Source: Podarcis filfolensis
Taxonomy: Eukaryota
DNA length: 64,000 bases
Direction: 5' to 3' (one strand)
Assembly (NCBI GenBank): GCA_964270895.1
Contig: OZ185436.1
How positions within the stretch are numbered: position 1 is the first letter of the stretch; every line of letters starts with the position of its first letter. Made by a program: the position numbers and the translations under genes. The notes under the pieces are model-generated. The model ran no database searches and was not told the origin of the DNA. It worked only from the letters and a program-made list of their open reading frames with translations. Below are positions 1-13,964 of the stretch, piece by piece.

Positions 1-1562
1 CAGAATGGGGGGGGGGGGAGCTCCATGATGTCCCCATCATTGTGAGTTAATTGATTACCTCTGTGTGTGCGGAGCTTATGGGCATGGCCACAAGCATAGT
101 TCCTGGTTGGTGGACACTATTCCCAGAGGTGTGGGGGTATGTATGTCATTTTATGACATTTCCCCCTCTCCTCCTTTCCCCTCCCAAACAGAGCATACAT
201 TGGATATGGCTGCTGTTCCACTGGTGTAGGGGCAGCTTATCTTCAGTCCTGGCATAGTATGAATATAGGAATGTTCTGACCATCAAGAATAAGACCTTCA
301 TTTGAATTCTTCTCATCTTTATGGTGCCAGCAAGTTGGTATCAAAAATGTTAGTTAAGACATGCTGTGTTACAGATCTATTGGGCAGAAACAGGAATTGC
401 AGGAGAATTTCAGCCCAAGTTCCAAGAAGGTCACATTACCATCCTAACTACTTCCTGTGGAAGTCACAGTTGTATCAACATCCTGCTGTTTTGTTTGTAT
501 TTAATTTGGCATATGACTCTCTATGCTCTCAGCATGGATTCTACAATTAAATGAAACCACACTGCAGGTTGTAAAAAACCAACCAAGTGTTCCACTTTTT
601 AAAGAGTATGTTTTGTGAACACAGTGAATTTACTGCCTATTTATTAATGATTATTTAAACTCCATTAAAGTTTGCTAATACATATATGATTATTAATAAC
701 CTATTATATTCAGTATAAACTTGTTCCAAATATCAATATATTTATCCAAACAATGTCTTCATCTATAAAAAAAATCCACTCATATGCTGCAAGTTCTGTC
801 ATGTCTTCAATCTATTGATTAAAGGGGAGCATATTTTTGTCCTTCCAGCTCATCAATTCCAGTCTTTTGGCCCTAGGGCACATAGAACCCATTTGCATTG
901 TCCAGTTGTCAACTTCCATATAATAGGTATATCATTCAAAAGAATATTTTCCTCTGAAAATTTTGATATTTTTCCTACAGTCAAATTTATACAGTTCAAC
1001 ACTTTCTCCCAAAACTAGGACACTGTAAGAACATACTTCTCGAAGAGAAATTATTCTTATTACATCACTAACAAACAATTGTGTTAGACAGTCCTTTTCT
1101 ACACAAACATAATGGAATCCAATAGAGTCTAAATATTATTTTCTTGTCTGGTCCAAACACTGTTATTGCAAGATGTTGTAGCTGCAGATACTGCCATTGG
1201 GATACATCTGATAGATGATATTTATCTCTTAAAACACTGTATGTATAAAATCATTTTCTTCCACCCACCCACCCCAGATTTCCATGGAACAACCTCTTGG
1301 TTAGCAATGCCTAATCTGTCCTCCCTGCTTAAAATATCCCTTGTGACTTTTAATGAGTTTCAGCTAGCCTATATCCTACATTCCACCATATTAGGGATAT
1401 TGGAAACCAAGGAAACTTAGGTTTCCTTCCTGGCAGCTCAAAATCTAGTGCCTAACAGAGGCTCTTCCACAGATTAGCATGGATGGCTTGAGGCCATTCA
1501 ATATTCAGAATATTTGATAGGTTCAAACTTGGTAAATTTGCATTTTGAATGCTTCCATTGTG

Positions 1563-1604
1563 AGTTTCTCATTTAGATTTCATAGTTTCTCATTTAGATT
1601 TCAT
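1563..1604. repeat. Perfect 21-bp tandem duplication
   Basis: AGTTTCTCATTTAGATTTCAT occurs twice in tandem. Confidence 0.95.
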
Positions 1605-3793
1605 TCCCTGCTCCATGTATTAGACCTTGCTATAACCAAATAACAAGTTTATAATACTGCTCATACCAGTTTTATGTTGTATCTTTGTTTTTATGACACT
1701 TTTTATTTTTATATTTCACTTAACAGATTTTAAAACATTAAGCATTCTAGAAATGCTTTTAAGTAAACAAATATCACTTGAAAATATCTGTCTAGGTCAA
1801 AGTTTCATTCATAGTTGCACTAAGTTTGCACACCTGTCTTTCCTACTTTTTATATCATGATCTGAGAAGAGCATACTTGAAAATTCAGTAGAATTCGCTT
1901 TCACATTAGTGTGCTTAGGGTCCCAGCTCCATGAAGATTTCCATATTCATTCAGCGATATTTTGTTTAGTCTAACTTAACATAAGGTTCTATTGGTGTAT
2001 AACCTAAAAAATGATTTTAATTAAACAGATTTAGGAAATTCTGACTGTAATGTGACCCCCATTAAATGAATGGGGGATATCAGAATTTGACAAGCCACTT
2101 ACATTTTAGGGTAATGTAACCATTACTTCATTAGAGTAATGCAACTTTACACTCTCGACATAAAAGTCTTTACTGAATGTAAACAATGGTTTTGACAAGA
2201 GGGCTGCCTGGATTTGGAAATGGCTTGGTGAAATTCATTCTGTTCATATTGATGCTGACTAGTTTTATAAATGTTTACCTTATAATTTGTTGTGATTCAA
2301 ACCCTGCAGATGCTCTGTCTTCTGGTAAACCTTGCAATTCTCTGAAAAGAGAGTGCAGGATGGGGAGGGGACATGAAGCAGTCCGGCTCTAGGGGGAGGC
2401 CCCCTTCCAGACCATATGAATCCACTTACATGTAAATTACTTGTCTATATGAATTAAGGTGAAGGTTATGAAAGAACTGCTTTCCTATGTTTACTGTAGG
2501 ATTTTTGACAGTCTCTTTCCTCTTTCAAGTAAATTTGGCTTAAGTCCATAGTCAGTACAGTTTTAAGTAAACTCCTCTTTTGTTACGTTAACAAGGTTAT
2601 AACATCACTGAGGCAGATTGCCAGCTGCATGAACCGAGGCCTAAGAGGGCTGGCTGAGAGGGATAATTAAAACCTTAGGGTGGGAGAGTTTAAACTATCA
2701 AGTAAAATTGGATAAAAGGCTAATTGTCCACAGCAACATAATACATATTTCTAAGTACCTGTGAAATGACAATAAATAGCAGTATGCTTTATAATGCTCA
2801 TTTAAACATCCAGGTTGAAGATACTGTATTTTAAGGCACAAAAATACCCAGTATATGGTTTTTTTAAAGTGCAAGTTTTGTGTGTTCTTTTTTATTTATT
2901 TGTCAAGTAAAAATACTTATTTGTAAAAATGTTAGATGCTTCATCAGAAGAATGTGAGTCAAAGATGTAAGCAAGAATAAAACAGAGCAGGCTAGTCCAG
3001 GCTTTGTCAAAGTTTTTCATAACTTAAACTTGGGGGGGGGCACATACCTTTGTTGACCTTCTAGAAGATGACATACAGCCAGGCAAGATGATGCATTACC
3101 ACAGAGTTTAGAAGAAGAAGAAAAAAGACCCAGAAGAATGAGTTGTAATGTCAGCTTGTATTGAACTAAATAAATTGTGAAGGCCCATTTGTTATTCATT
3201 AGGAGCAGCAGAGCAAGATTACTGTTCTCCCCTTCATATGGTGCTTTTAAACCTTGAGGTCATTTTACACTAATATCTTAGTAGCATGGACAACAATTAA
3301 TCCCTTTTTAGCAGCTTTCACATTTACACACATTTCAGAAGAACTGAATGAATAGTTTAATAATACTGTTTTAGGACCCCATCTTTATATACTTTTCTGG
3401 GGTGGCGTTGTATCAGCAGATGAAGTGACTTTCAATATTAAAGTATGCAATATTCAAGTATGCAAAACAGCCCAGGCTGATTCCCACTGACTTATTTTTA
3501 AAATGTTCCATTCAGACATCAGCAGATCCAAAGAACTTTTGTGACTGGACCCAGGAGGCGAAACACTAATGAAGGGTTGAACTAGGGTGGCATTTTATTT
3601 TTAATACTTAGAGGGGAAATGAGAAGAGCAGGAAGCTAACTTAATTTCAGCCATGGCAAGCCAAACCCTCCTCTTTCCAAAGGACATGGCAATGCATAGG
3701 CCCAAAGCCTGGGCCCCACCTTACGGTGAATAGGGTGGCCTTCCTACCTGGGCCCTACAATTCCAGGCTGGTGCATCAAATGAGCCTCGAGAA

Positions 3794-3927
3794 CTTATCC
3801 CCAAACATGGCTCTCCAGGTGCTTTGGGACTACAACTCCCATCGTCCCTAGCTAACAGGACCAGTGGTCAGGGATGATGGGAATTGTAGTCCCAAAACAT
3901 CTGGAGGGCCGAGTTTGGGGATGCCTG
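3794..3927. mobile_element. hAT-type palindromic MITE, CATCCCCAAAC subfamily, left TIR damaged
   Basis: The right end GAGTTTGGGGATGCCTG is intact. 8-bp TSD CTCGAGAA / CTCAAGAA (7/8, CpG-type change). Confidence 0.88.
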
Positions 3928-5370
3928 CTCAAGAACATTTCATGTTCAGGATCAGGGCCCACAACCCAGAGCAGCTGGCCTCCAGAAGCCCTCTTCGCCT
4001 CCAAAGGTGCCTGTGTGCTCACCTGTTACCTTAACTAATCTTAATGTTTACCTCACTGCCACAGGAGTGGGACAAATACCTCTTTAGTCTCACTACCCCA
4101 CCTTCTGAAAAACAGTTCCTGACAGCTTACCTGTAGATCACTCTAAAAGAGGTAATTACTGCTTAAAATAAGTTAATTTTGAGGTTTAACATGAACTGTG
4201 TAATATCCCGCTTTAAAACTTTCAGAGAACATATCAAGTGAATGAATAGCCTGAGATGAATGTTCAAATGTTTCAGCTCACATTTCTCTGGGAGATAGTT
4301 AAGCAATACAAGAGAGGAGGGAAATTATTATGATACAATGAACTGTTAAATATCTGAAGAGAGGGTGACTTTTTAGTATCTATGTAATGCATTTATTTTC
4401 TTTGCTTGTATCCCGAGTTCTGGAGCAATTCTCAGTCTTGCAGCTCAAAATGCCATTTCAAAAATGCAAGCTATCAGTAGGTGGTGACTGGGGGTGGCCA
4501 GGGAGGGGGTCAGAAGCTATCAGGCCCAGATAGGTGCAAGCCAAAGTTCTCCCTTTATCCAAGCTGTTGGAAATGTGAGATCTGACTTTGAACTAGATTG
4601 TAACTCTAGATGCAGATCTGTTAAGAGGTCAAACAAGCTGACAGATTTCATTGGAGACAAGCTTCTGATTAAATGGAGTTAGCGGTAAGGAGTTGTATTC
4701 ATGTCACAGTTGGGCAAAGACAGATGTGCAGATGAATAATCAAAATTAACAGCAGACCCCTTAAAGGGCTAACTAATCTGCCAGAAGAGTGTCTGTCTCT
4801 TTTCTTCCCACAAGTGTATCAGCTCATAAAATTACAATTGAACATAATAGCAGCAAGAACCTAGTAAGCCCCTTCCTCATTAGGGAAACTTCAGAGACAC
4901 ATTTCCTGTGGTACCATATCCTTTCCTGGCCTTGCTGGCCAGCATTTTGGGAAGTACTAGTCGACAAGAGTTCATAGGAGGCAATTGGCAACCTGCTTTA
5001 TTCTCTGCTCATTTTAATGACTTTGTGAAATGATTAATCAGGTTGAATTTCCGCATCTTTCCTGAAGGAGAAGAGGTGTGAGTCAGCAGTGCTCAGTAGA
5101 AGAATTATTATTTCATTACCCTTTCTCTTCCTTCCTTGGCTTTAGGGCTTCCTGCTGTGGTGTCACCTCGATGTTGTTCAATTGTTTTCCAGCACATCAG
5201 CCATGTTTTCCTAACTTTACCCAGACCATTGTGGCTGTCTTGTACTCACATTGTAGTGGATAGCCAGTACAATGGGTTGGAGTGTTCCCCTTCTTTCAAG
5301 TAGGAAAATAAGAGGGTGGCCAACCTTTTCAGTGTAATCTGTATTTCCCCTCCTCCAGCTGTTGTCATTT

Positions 5371-5689
5371 GTGGTGCTGTGGGTTAAACCACAGAGCCTA
5401 GGACTTGCCGATCAGAAGGTTGGCTGTTCAGATCTCCACGACGGGGTGAGCTCCCGTTGCTCGTTCCCTGCTCCTGCCAACCTAGCAGTTCGAAAGCACG
5501 TCAAAGTGCAAGTAGATAAATAGGTACCACTCCAGTGGGAAGGTGAACGGTGTTTCCTTGTGCTGCTCTGGTTTGCCAGAAGTGGCTTAGTCATGCTGGC
5601 CACATGACCCGGAAGCTGTACGCCGGCTCCCTCAGCCAATAAAGCGAGATGAGCACCGCAACCCCAGAGTTGTCCACGACTGGACCTAA
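5371..5689 (+). mobile_element. Sauria SINE (lacertid-type), truncated at both ends
   Basis: GTGGTGCTGTGGGTTAAACCACAGAGCCTAGGACTTGCCGATCAGAAGG...GTGCAAGTAGATAAATAGGTACC...CTGGCCACATGACCCGGAAG...ACGACTGGACCTAA matches the recalled Sauria SINE body. The first ~9 nt and the CCTTTA tail are missing. Confidence 0.92.
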
Positions 5690-6169
5690 GTATATTATTC
5701 TCCAGTAACACATATGGCCATAAAAAGGCCCGCTGGATCCTACCAAATTCCCATGTTTTACAGCTTGCGATTTCCAATACTGGGGAGGCAGATATCCTTA
5801 GAAAGCCCACATTCAGGGCACGAAGCAAGGTGCAGCAAGAGTGTACATAGTTTCCTATCTTTGGGAACTTCAGAATTAACCATATGCTTAGCTGTTTTGC
5901 TGGTTCAGGGACAGCATAATTAATTTGCAGTCGTTTTCATTGTTGCATTATGATTCAGTATACTTGCATGGCTTTAGCTGCCCTGGAGAGGTAATTGAGT
6001 CTATTCAGACTGCAGAAGCCAAGGTTAAGTAATCTTAAATCAGGAAAGGTATGATTACATTTTGTGCCCAGGCTTTGAACCAGCTTTGTTCCATAGGTTT
6101 CAATAGTACTTACAGCAGCGGGACATGGTACTTGTTGGCTGAGTGGGGTTTTTAGTCTAAACAACAAAC

Positions 6170-6171
<2 letters not shown>

Positions 6172-6206
<35 letters not shown>
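6172..6206. repeat. (TG)17 microsatellite
   Basis: Read directly from the sequence. Confidence 0.98.
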
Positions 6207-6207
<1 letters not shown>

Positions 6208-9200
6208 TATATTTCTATCCCTGATTCTTCTGAAGCCCCATTATGTTGCCTGTTAAAAATCGCCCCCTCCTGTTCTTTGGGCTTTAAATTATACCCAAGT
6301 GATTTACTTATTAGGACATCACAACAGCCCAGAATTTGATTCTATCTGCTTTTTGCCTATTTCACATAGTGTTTTTCTCTGACAATGCTATTAGCCCTTT
6401 GATATGACAGGCAGAAATTCAATAGGTGAGGCTCTTCTTGCCTGGAGATGTAGTGATAGCACAATGCAGCTTTTTCTCATGAATTGTTTGTTGTCTTTCA
6501 TGCTGTTACTGGAAGCGGAAAAGAGTTACCTGAAATTTTTTGTTATAGTTTTCTGTATTATTTTTTTTTTTAGAATAAAGGATTCCTTATAAAGTCTTCA
6601 TGAACGTTAGAAAAGGCGTCATTGTTTTCTGCTAGTTTCACAGATATAGATATTGCTCAGTTTTACCTGTTGCATTGCAAGTCCATATTCTGAAGCATTG
6701 TTAGTATTCAAAAAGGCCAGCATTTCAACTGAGTTTCAATTTAGTACTAAACAGCTATTTATGACTATGGCAGATAATTAATTTCCCCCCAAATACTAAC
6801 TTTTATCTAAAGCTACTTGCATTAAGGCATGATGTAGTCTCTTGTGGCGTACAGAGGTGTCCCATTACCTGTCTTCCCTGCAAAACAAATTAGCTACCTG
6901 TCAGTTTTGTACAGAGTTTATTTATGTTTGACACAATGGGGGTGGCCTGCACTTTATCATCCATCTTCTCTATTTGCATAACCTTTCAGAGCTAATGGCT
7001 GCCATCTTGACAAATTAAGCTGGTTTCCTATGTCTTTCATGGATTAAGCCCTCTTGGACAAGTTGTACTTTAGTTTAATTCTTGTACAGTGTTTGCTAAG
7101 TGTTGTAAACAATATAGTCATTCATTTTATTCTATTGGCATTTGACACATATCCTAGGAAATTGCATATTTGCTAAGAATTTTCCAAGTGTATTTGGTGT
7201 CAGAGTGTTCCTATAATACTAATATCAAGAAAGCCTATTGAGCTTTTTTTTCTTTTCTCCTGCATTCAAGAAGATATTTTGAAATCAATATTGTGAGAAA
7301 ATAATGATTTTGAAATTGGCAATATTTTATAAATGAGCTTCCCCTCACCATCTCACTCTGCCCATCCCACCTCACCCATTTATTTCTGTTCTTTGCATGT
7401 GGCCCTTTGTATGTGTTTTCATTATTAGAAAAGGTATAAAGTATGGTTTAAACTAGCATACAAATAAATCAATGTCTTCAAATAAATGGAGGATAGCATC
7501 AGGTTTATAATTATAGAAATACCACATCCATTAGAAAAGTAGAATATGGTAAATGTCTGGAATCCAGATGAAGGTATTAAAAGAAATCCACCAAACATCA
7601 ACTATTTTAACATTGGAATAATGTTTGCAGCAGTCAGTATCAGTTAACAATCTGGGGACCGTGTTTTGCTCCATTTCAAGTTTTTGAATGGGTTTCAAAG
7701 ACTGTCTTGTTTTCCTTATGTCATTGGTTCAGATGTGGTCCACTCTGCACCCTCCTGATATTTCTAAACTACAACTCCCAACATCCTTGACCTTTGGCCA
7801 TGTAGAGAGGGGCTGATGAGAGTTATGTTTTTGACCATCTTTGTATTACTTGGTCATTAAGTAATGAAGCCAGATCATCTCTGTCTCTAAGTATTGTTGC
7901 AGCTGGCATGCCATCCAAAGTTAGAGAAAGAACACTATGAGATACTTATGCATATCACATTCCTGGTGTCATAGGACAACTGTGACAGCAACTAATGGAA
8001 TGAAGACAACCTTCATTATTTACATAACCCTTTGGGGGTAATTGTTAATCCTCCCATCTTTAGCTGTTTGACCTTGCTGGGACCTGGAAGTGAGTAGCCA
8101 GTTGGAAGCATTTGTACCTTCTCCTTAAGATGATGACTTGAAAAATAACTTTGAAAAGTAGCAACCAGTTTATCTTCATGTCAATGTTATGAGGTAGAAA
8201 ATATTGCTGTTATGTGGGGTGAACATCTGGGCTGCTGGGTTGGAGCATTGTTCCTTTGCTCATAGTTTGTGCTATTTAGGAAGAGATTACTTACACCTAA
8301 ATGAAAGTATGTAGCAAGTCACATTCTCTCCACTCAGCACAGCCCAAACTATACAGCTGTGGGCTTTCAGCTTCAGTAAATCCAGGTGGAACTGCAGCAG
8401 ACAATCTGTGTACTCTACTATACTACAGAATCTCACACCACACAAGGCAGCCCCCAAAGTGGCTTCAACTATTCAACTTAAAATGCTGAAGGTTTAGTCA
8501 GGATGACTGTGATTAGTGAACTTTTGTACAATATACACGAGTTCCCAAAGATCACAAGTGAGTAGCCAGTGATTTACAGGCCACGTTTAGTCTTCTGGAT
8601 ACTTTTGAGAAGTTTTTGTAGTTTAAAAAAAAACAAATTTGGGGAATTTCTGTCATCTAAAGAAATTATCTAGCTAAATGCTCTCTGGAATATCTTGTCT
8701 CCCAATAAACTAGGTGCATGAGCCACCCGTAAGATTTAGTTCACATCCTGATTTGGAGCTTGATTTGATTCCGAATCCTGATTCAGGGAAGCCAAAGCTT
8801 TGTGCCTCCTATATCACTATTCTGGGGAAATGATTTGACAGGGATTGTTGTGTAGGTATGTGGCACAGAGGCAGACATTGCAAACAAGCAGCAGCACACT
8901 CCCACTCTCATTCTTAACAGCCTCAATTAATTCCAGTTCCAATTCTGGTTCATTGCTATAATATTTTGATAATAACTGACTCCCTTATCATTGATTGCCT
9001 TTTTTTAACACAATACTGCTTGTCCATTTTTGCTATATCTTCTTTTTCTAACGCAGAAATTCTAAATCTGGAGGTGCTTTGCCTCACTTTGGTTAGTTAT
9101 TCTCTGTTTCAGGTGCATCACCCCTCCCTTTTAATTCCAAAATGCCTTTCCAAGACAATGACTAGTTAACAGCAGTTGCTGAAAAGTACTTGGCAAAAAG

Positions 9201-9281
9201 ACTTGTTAACTTAAGATATATTTCAGCAGTGTGTTGCATTTCTGTAGGCTTCTGTTTTAGCATTTCTCTTAGTGGAGTTGG

Positions 9282-10390
9282 CAGAACTGCTTGCTGTTAG
9301 TGGGTGGTTCTCTAGACCGGGTGGGAGCTTGCCTGCTCTTGATGGAGTTATATTTGCTTTGAAGGAGCGAGTACATAGCTTGGGGGTACTTCTAGATACT
9401 TTGCTGTTGCTGGAGGCTCAGGTGGCCTCAGTGGCAGTGAGTGCCTTACATCAGCTTCAGCTGGTGGCTCAGCTGCACCCATATGTGCACAGGGACAGCC
9501 AAACTTCTGTCCTCTGTGCTCTGGTAACCTCTGCGTTAGATTCCTGCAACACATTACAGTGGTACCTCGGGTTGCATACGCTTCAAGTTACATATGTTCA
9601 GGTTACAGACTCCGCTAACCCAGAAATAGTGCTTCAGGTTAAGAACTTTGCTTCAGGATAAGAACAGAAATTGCGTGGTGGCGGCGTGGCGGCAGCAGGA
9701 GGCCCCATTAGCTAAAGTGGTGCTTCAGGTTAAGAACAGTTTCAGGTTAAGAACGGACCTCCGGAATGAATTAAGTACTTAACCCGAGGTACCACTGTAT
9801 ATTTAGGGCTGCCTCTGAAGAGAGTTTGGAAACTTCAGTCAGTGCAGAATGGTGGCCAGGTTGCTCACCCAGGACAAAAGGTTTTGAGCATATTACACCA
9901 ATCCTGGCCCTACTGCATTGGCTGCTGATTAATTTCCAGTCCCAATTCAAAGTGCTGTTATTGACCTACAAAGCCTTAAATGGCTCAGGACTACAATGCC
10001 TAAAGGACCACCCCTCCCCATATGAACCAACCTGGACTCTGCAATCATAAACTGAGGCTCTTCTTTGTGTGCCTCCTCCATGAGGGGTCTGGAGTGAGGC
10101 AACACGAGAACGGGCCATTTCTGCAGTTTGAGGAATTCTCTTTCCAGGGAGGCTCACCTGCCACCTTCATTATACATATTTAGGCACCAGGCAAAAATGT
10201 TCCTCTTCAACTAGGCCTTTGGCTGATTAGCTTTCTATAGCTTTTTAAGTATGTTTGTGGGAGGTGGGGTTATTGGTTTGTCTTTGTTTTATTTTGTATT
10301 TTGTATTCTCATTTTGTATTTTTATGCTGTGAACTGCCCTGTGATCTTTGGATGAAGGGCAGTATACAAATTTACTAAATAATATTAATT
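9282..10390 (+). mobile_element. 5'-truncated L2 LINE (RT C-terminus plus 3' UTR), interrupted by a MITE
   Basis: The translation LDGVIFALKERVHSLGVLLD...LVTSALDSCNTL resumes after the MITE as YLGLPLKRVWKLQ...EHITPILALLHWL...FKVLLLTYKALNG, typical of the L2 ORF2 end. The tail reads ...GATGAAGGGCAGTATACAAATTTACTAAATAA. Confidence 0.9.
9557..9797. mobile_element. Tc1/mariner-superfamily MITE (241 bp), nested in L2
   Basis: TIRs CAGTGGTACCTCGGGTT / AACCCGAGGTACCACTG. TA duplication at 9555-9556 and 9798-9799. Internal TTCAGGTTA repeats. Confidence 0.93.
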
Positions 10391-11190
10391 AAGCGTTTGG
10401 CTTGACTTGAGTCTCCCAGGCTGATTGAGTACAGACTTAATCCCTTTATTTATTCTCACAGAACCACATGGATAGGTGCCAAACTACCACCCACATGTCC
10501 ATAAGGCTTCATATTCCAAACCAGTGGACAGGTATGGTAGTGGTTTCTCCTTGGTCACTTGTTCAAATGATCACCTTTCTTCAACCAAATTTTGCTGCCC
10601 CAGGGAGGGAACCAGACTGCAAAATGATCTTATACACTCCCCTGGTTGTTTGAAACATGTGGGCTGAATGCCTGAACATGATGCTCCCCTTTCAGTAGTT
10701 GCCACATGCCAAACAGTTACTTGTAAAAACAACCCCCTCCTGTGTTTTCCAACCCTTGTGTATGACATCTTTATATTACTTATAGATGTGCACTAACATC
10801 ACAATCAAATTAATTAAAACCATTTCCCCACTTCCCTAGCAGCTTTAAAAGAGCAAGCCTAGGCTTCGTACTAAGAAACACAAAGTTGCATTAATAAACT
10901 GACAGCAATCACTGAATGAGACAATAGCTCTATTCAAACAACAAAGGCAGAACTGTACTATCTCAGCAATTGGCATCATCTGGTTTGCTGGTGCAACCCC
11001 TTGATTTACACATCTAGTTGCAGGATATTCTTAGTGCAGGGTGCGTGATTATAGAACTCTCTTCCCACAGTGATTTAACAAGACTGACGTCTCTTTATCC
11101 TTGGGGCACAGGACAAGAGCCATTTCCGTTCCCAGAGAGAATGTTTTCCTTGGGGATCATAGCCAACCCAGCACTGCATAGCATTGTGCC

Positions 11191-11258
11191 GGACAGTTCT
11201 GACTTTGTAGGTCATACGGTCTCAGGACAGTTCTGGCCTTGAAGGTCATATGGTCTCA
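11191..11258. repeat. 34-bp tandem duplication (30/34 identical)
   Basis: GGACAGTTCTGACTTTGTAGGTCATACGGTCTCA / GGACAGTTCTGGCCTTGAAGGTCATATGGTCTCA. Confidence 0.92.
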
Positions 11259-13964
11259 GGGGTTAGTGCAAAAGGTGGTCTAGTTTACACTGAGGTTCAA
11301 TTGTGCTTAATTCTGCTACAAGTATTGGCAGCTTGTGAACTGGAGTGACTGGGGCACCAACATCCTTGGCTTTCCAGTAACCCCAAAATAAAGCAAAAGC
11401 TGTATAATCCTCTGTGACAGCATTAGCTGTTTGCCTCAGGATATTGTAGGAGAGGGGTGAATCCCAAGAGTGGATTATACCTGCTTTGCACATGAGAGTT
11501 CTCCAACAGCCCTTCTTTTGGAGATTATACCGACGGTCACATTTAGAAATGGGAAGAAGGTCATTGATGCTTGAGAAGATCTGAACAAATAGTCCCTGTG
11601 AATGAGATTTGAGCGGCAAAGGAAAATAGGGTATCCATACATTAGTGTATTGATGGGAGTGGTCTAAGGAAATGAGAGCTCCATAACCTGCTATTTTGCC
11701 TTAGAGACTTGCAAAGTATCATCCTATCCATATCTACTCAGAAGTCAGTCCAATTGAATTTACTTCGAGGAAGTGGGGGGACGGATTGAAAACCAAGTTG
11801 CTAATTGGATTGTGAGTAAACTCAAATATCTCACATTAGATTCTAATGTAGGTGTGGGTAGATTCTACAACTGCCATCATCCTTAAGCTTTGGTTTTGCT
11901 GGCTAGGACTGATGGAAGTTGTACTACAGAGGGCCACAAGTTTACAACCCCTGCTTTAATGTTTATTTCTGGAGCACAGGTCAGCTTCATATGGATGGCA
12001 TTCACCTAAGCAGCTCCATCATCAGAAGCCTTGCACAAGGACTTACATTTGTGCAGTGGTGTGTCCCCGTTCCCCTGCACTCCATGAAATTGGTGTGTGT
12101 GTATGTGTGTGTGTGTGTGTGTGTAGAACCCGTAGAACAACACAAAGGGAGGCATCATTCCATCACAAGCTAAATGCTTATGCAAACAGAACGATTGGAG
12201 GAACACAATGTTGAATTCCATCCCATTTTTTAGGTTTTGTCTTCCTACTGCACATTCAGTGGCAGATACAGGTTTGAAACAGCTCCTTTCATCAGCAGAA
12301 CTGCAGTTACTAGTATCTGTCTAATATGTTCAATGGTTTCAATGGTTTCTTGTACTTCAGCCGGAATAAAATCACCATTTCTAAATTATGCCCTCACAGT
12401 CCAAAGGCAGGGTATCAGTTCAGTGAAAACTTTATATTAATAATGACTGTGATAATTAACCAATGAAAATACAAACCAGGAACCTAGCAGAGGAGTTCTT
12501 TAATCATAGTGCATAGCACATGTTCTCTGAAAGGTTCTGTAGACTAATACACTTGCAGTAAATATATTTGTTGGGTTACCAACCCATGACCAAAGTAAAC
12601 TTCTACATCATTGACAAATGCATAATACTGTAAGTGAAGCTTCCTTCAGCAGAAATTGGCCAAGATATAAGTTGTCTCTGCTTCAAGATCTCCCAGTGAT
12701 GTAACACCAGAGCCCTCTTTAAATTAGACATTGGCACAAAATATTAACTATTTATATATTGTGCACCCTTTTTTTATAACCTTTTAGTAACATTGAGGTA
12801 TCTTTGTAAAAATAAGCCCCAGTGAACAATGGCCCTAATTTGTTTCTGGCTTAATTAGTCCCCACCCATTCAAAGGAATGTGCAACCTTTTTTCCAGAGA
12901 AATATATGAAGTAGAAATTAATTAAACTTTGTGGCAGTTGTATTTTATCTTTTACTTTTATCTGTTTACCGACTATGCCTCTGATCCTCGATTTTCCATC
13001 AGCACAAGCCCCATCCCTTTCAAGGCTGGGTTGCCTGTGACTGCCTCTCACCTAATCATAGATCTCACTTCCCAGACATTTTAGGAGACTGGTCATGTTT
13101 GTTATTGTCTGCACTGCAGCTACAGTTTGCATTTCCATGACAGACCCAAACATACATAATGTGAACATGGAAAAAAGCCACACTCAAAGCATAGATCTTT
13201 TCATTTTGCTAAGTAAACAATCCAAAGAGCTCTTTTTCGTTTAGAACAATATGACTTTGAACGAACTGCATTACCGCCTTTACTTCTTACACCTGTTTTC
13301 CTGGTGGTAAAGTCCATACTTGTAACTAGAGATTCCTTCTTTTTGTCTGGAACAGTGACAATTCAGTTCATATTTCTCTGCCTTGCTTTTCAATAAAATA
13401 GTGGGAAATCTAAAGCGACACATTTTCAATTTTCCTGTTCACCACAATTGCAAGTAAAAATATTACTATTAGCCTCACGCTGTTGACTCATATGTGAGTT
13501 AATCCTTTTGTTCTCTTGTCATGCGGATGCTTTTGAAAGAGAAATCCACCAATATGCTTAAAATCTGTGCCATAGAAATCAAATCAACTTGAATGATTAC
13601 TTAACTTTGATTGACTTAGGTCCTTTTTATTTAATTTCTTATTTAATACAGAGAAAGCCATGTATTCCCATGGAAAGAATGTGTATATTTACTATTCAAA
13701 AAAGATAAGTATATATAGAAAATGTAGCATTCTTGCTTCAATTGTTGAGTGTAATTCTATTGTATAGTCCCAATCCAGAGTCCTTTGTGCATTCAATTGT
13801 TTTCTATCGTCATTTTTACAGAAGCTGGCCCTACAAAATTCTCAAATTGCTTTTTAATTCCCCTCATGTTCAAAAAGCTGTTTAGAGGTTTGGCATGTGA
13901 TTAGAGGGGAAATGCTGTATTCATGGTGGTTTTCTCAATTTACTTATGACAAAGAAGCTCAAGG

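Noticed and set aside
5412-5828. 138-aa minus-strand ORF
   Set aside because: Mostly antisense read-through of the Sauria SINE.
9557-9797. Internal TTCAGGTTAAGAAC repeats as a CRISPR-like array
   Set aside because: Eukaryotic context, irregular spacing, and enclosed by TIRs and a TA duplication: these are MITE sub-terminal repeats.
11263-11619. 118-aa minus-strand ORF
   Set aside because: No recognisable homology and no supporting splice or promoter structure.
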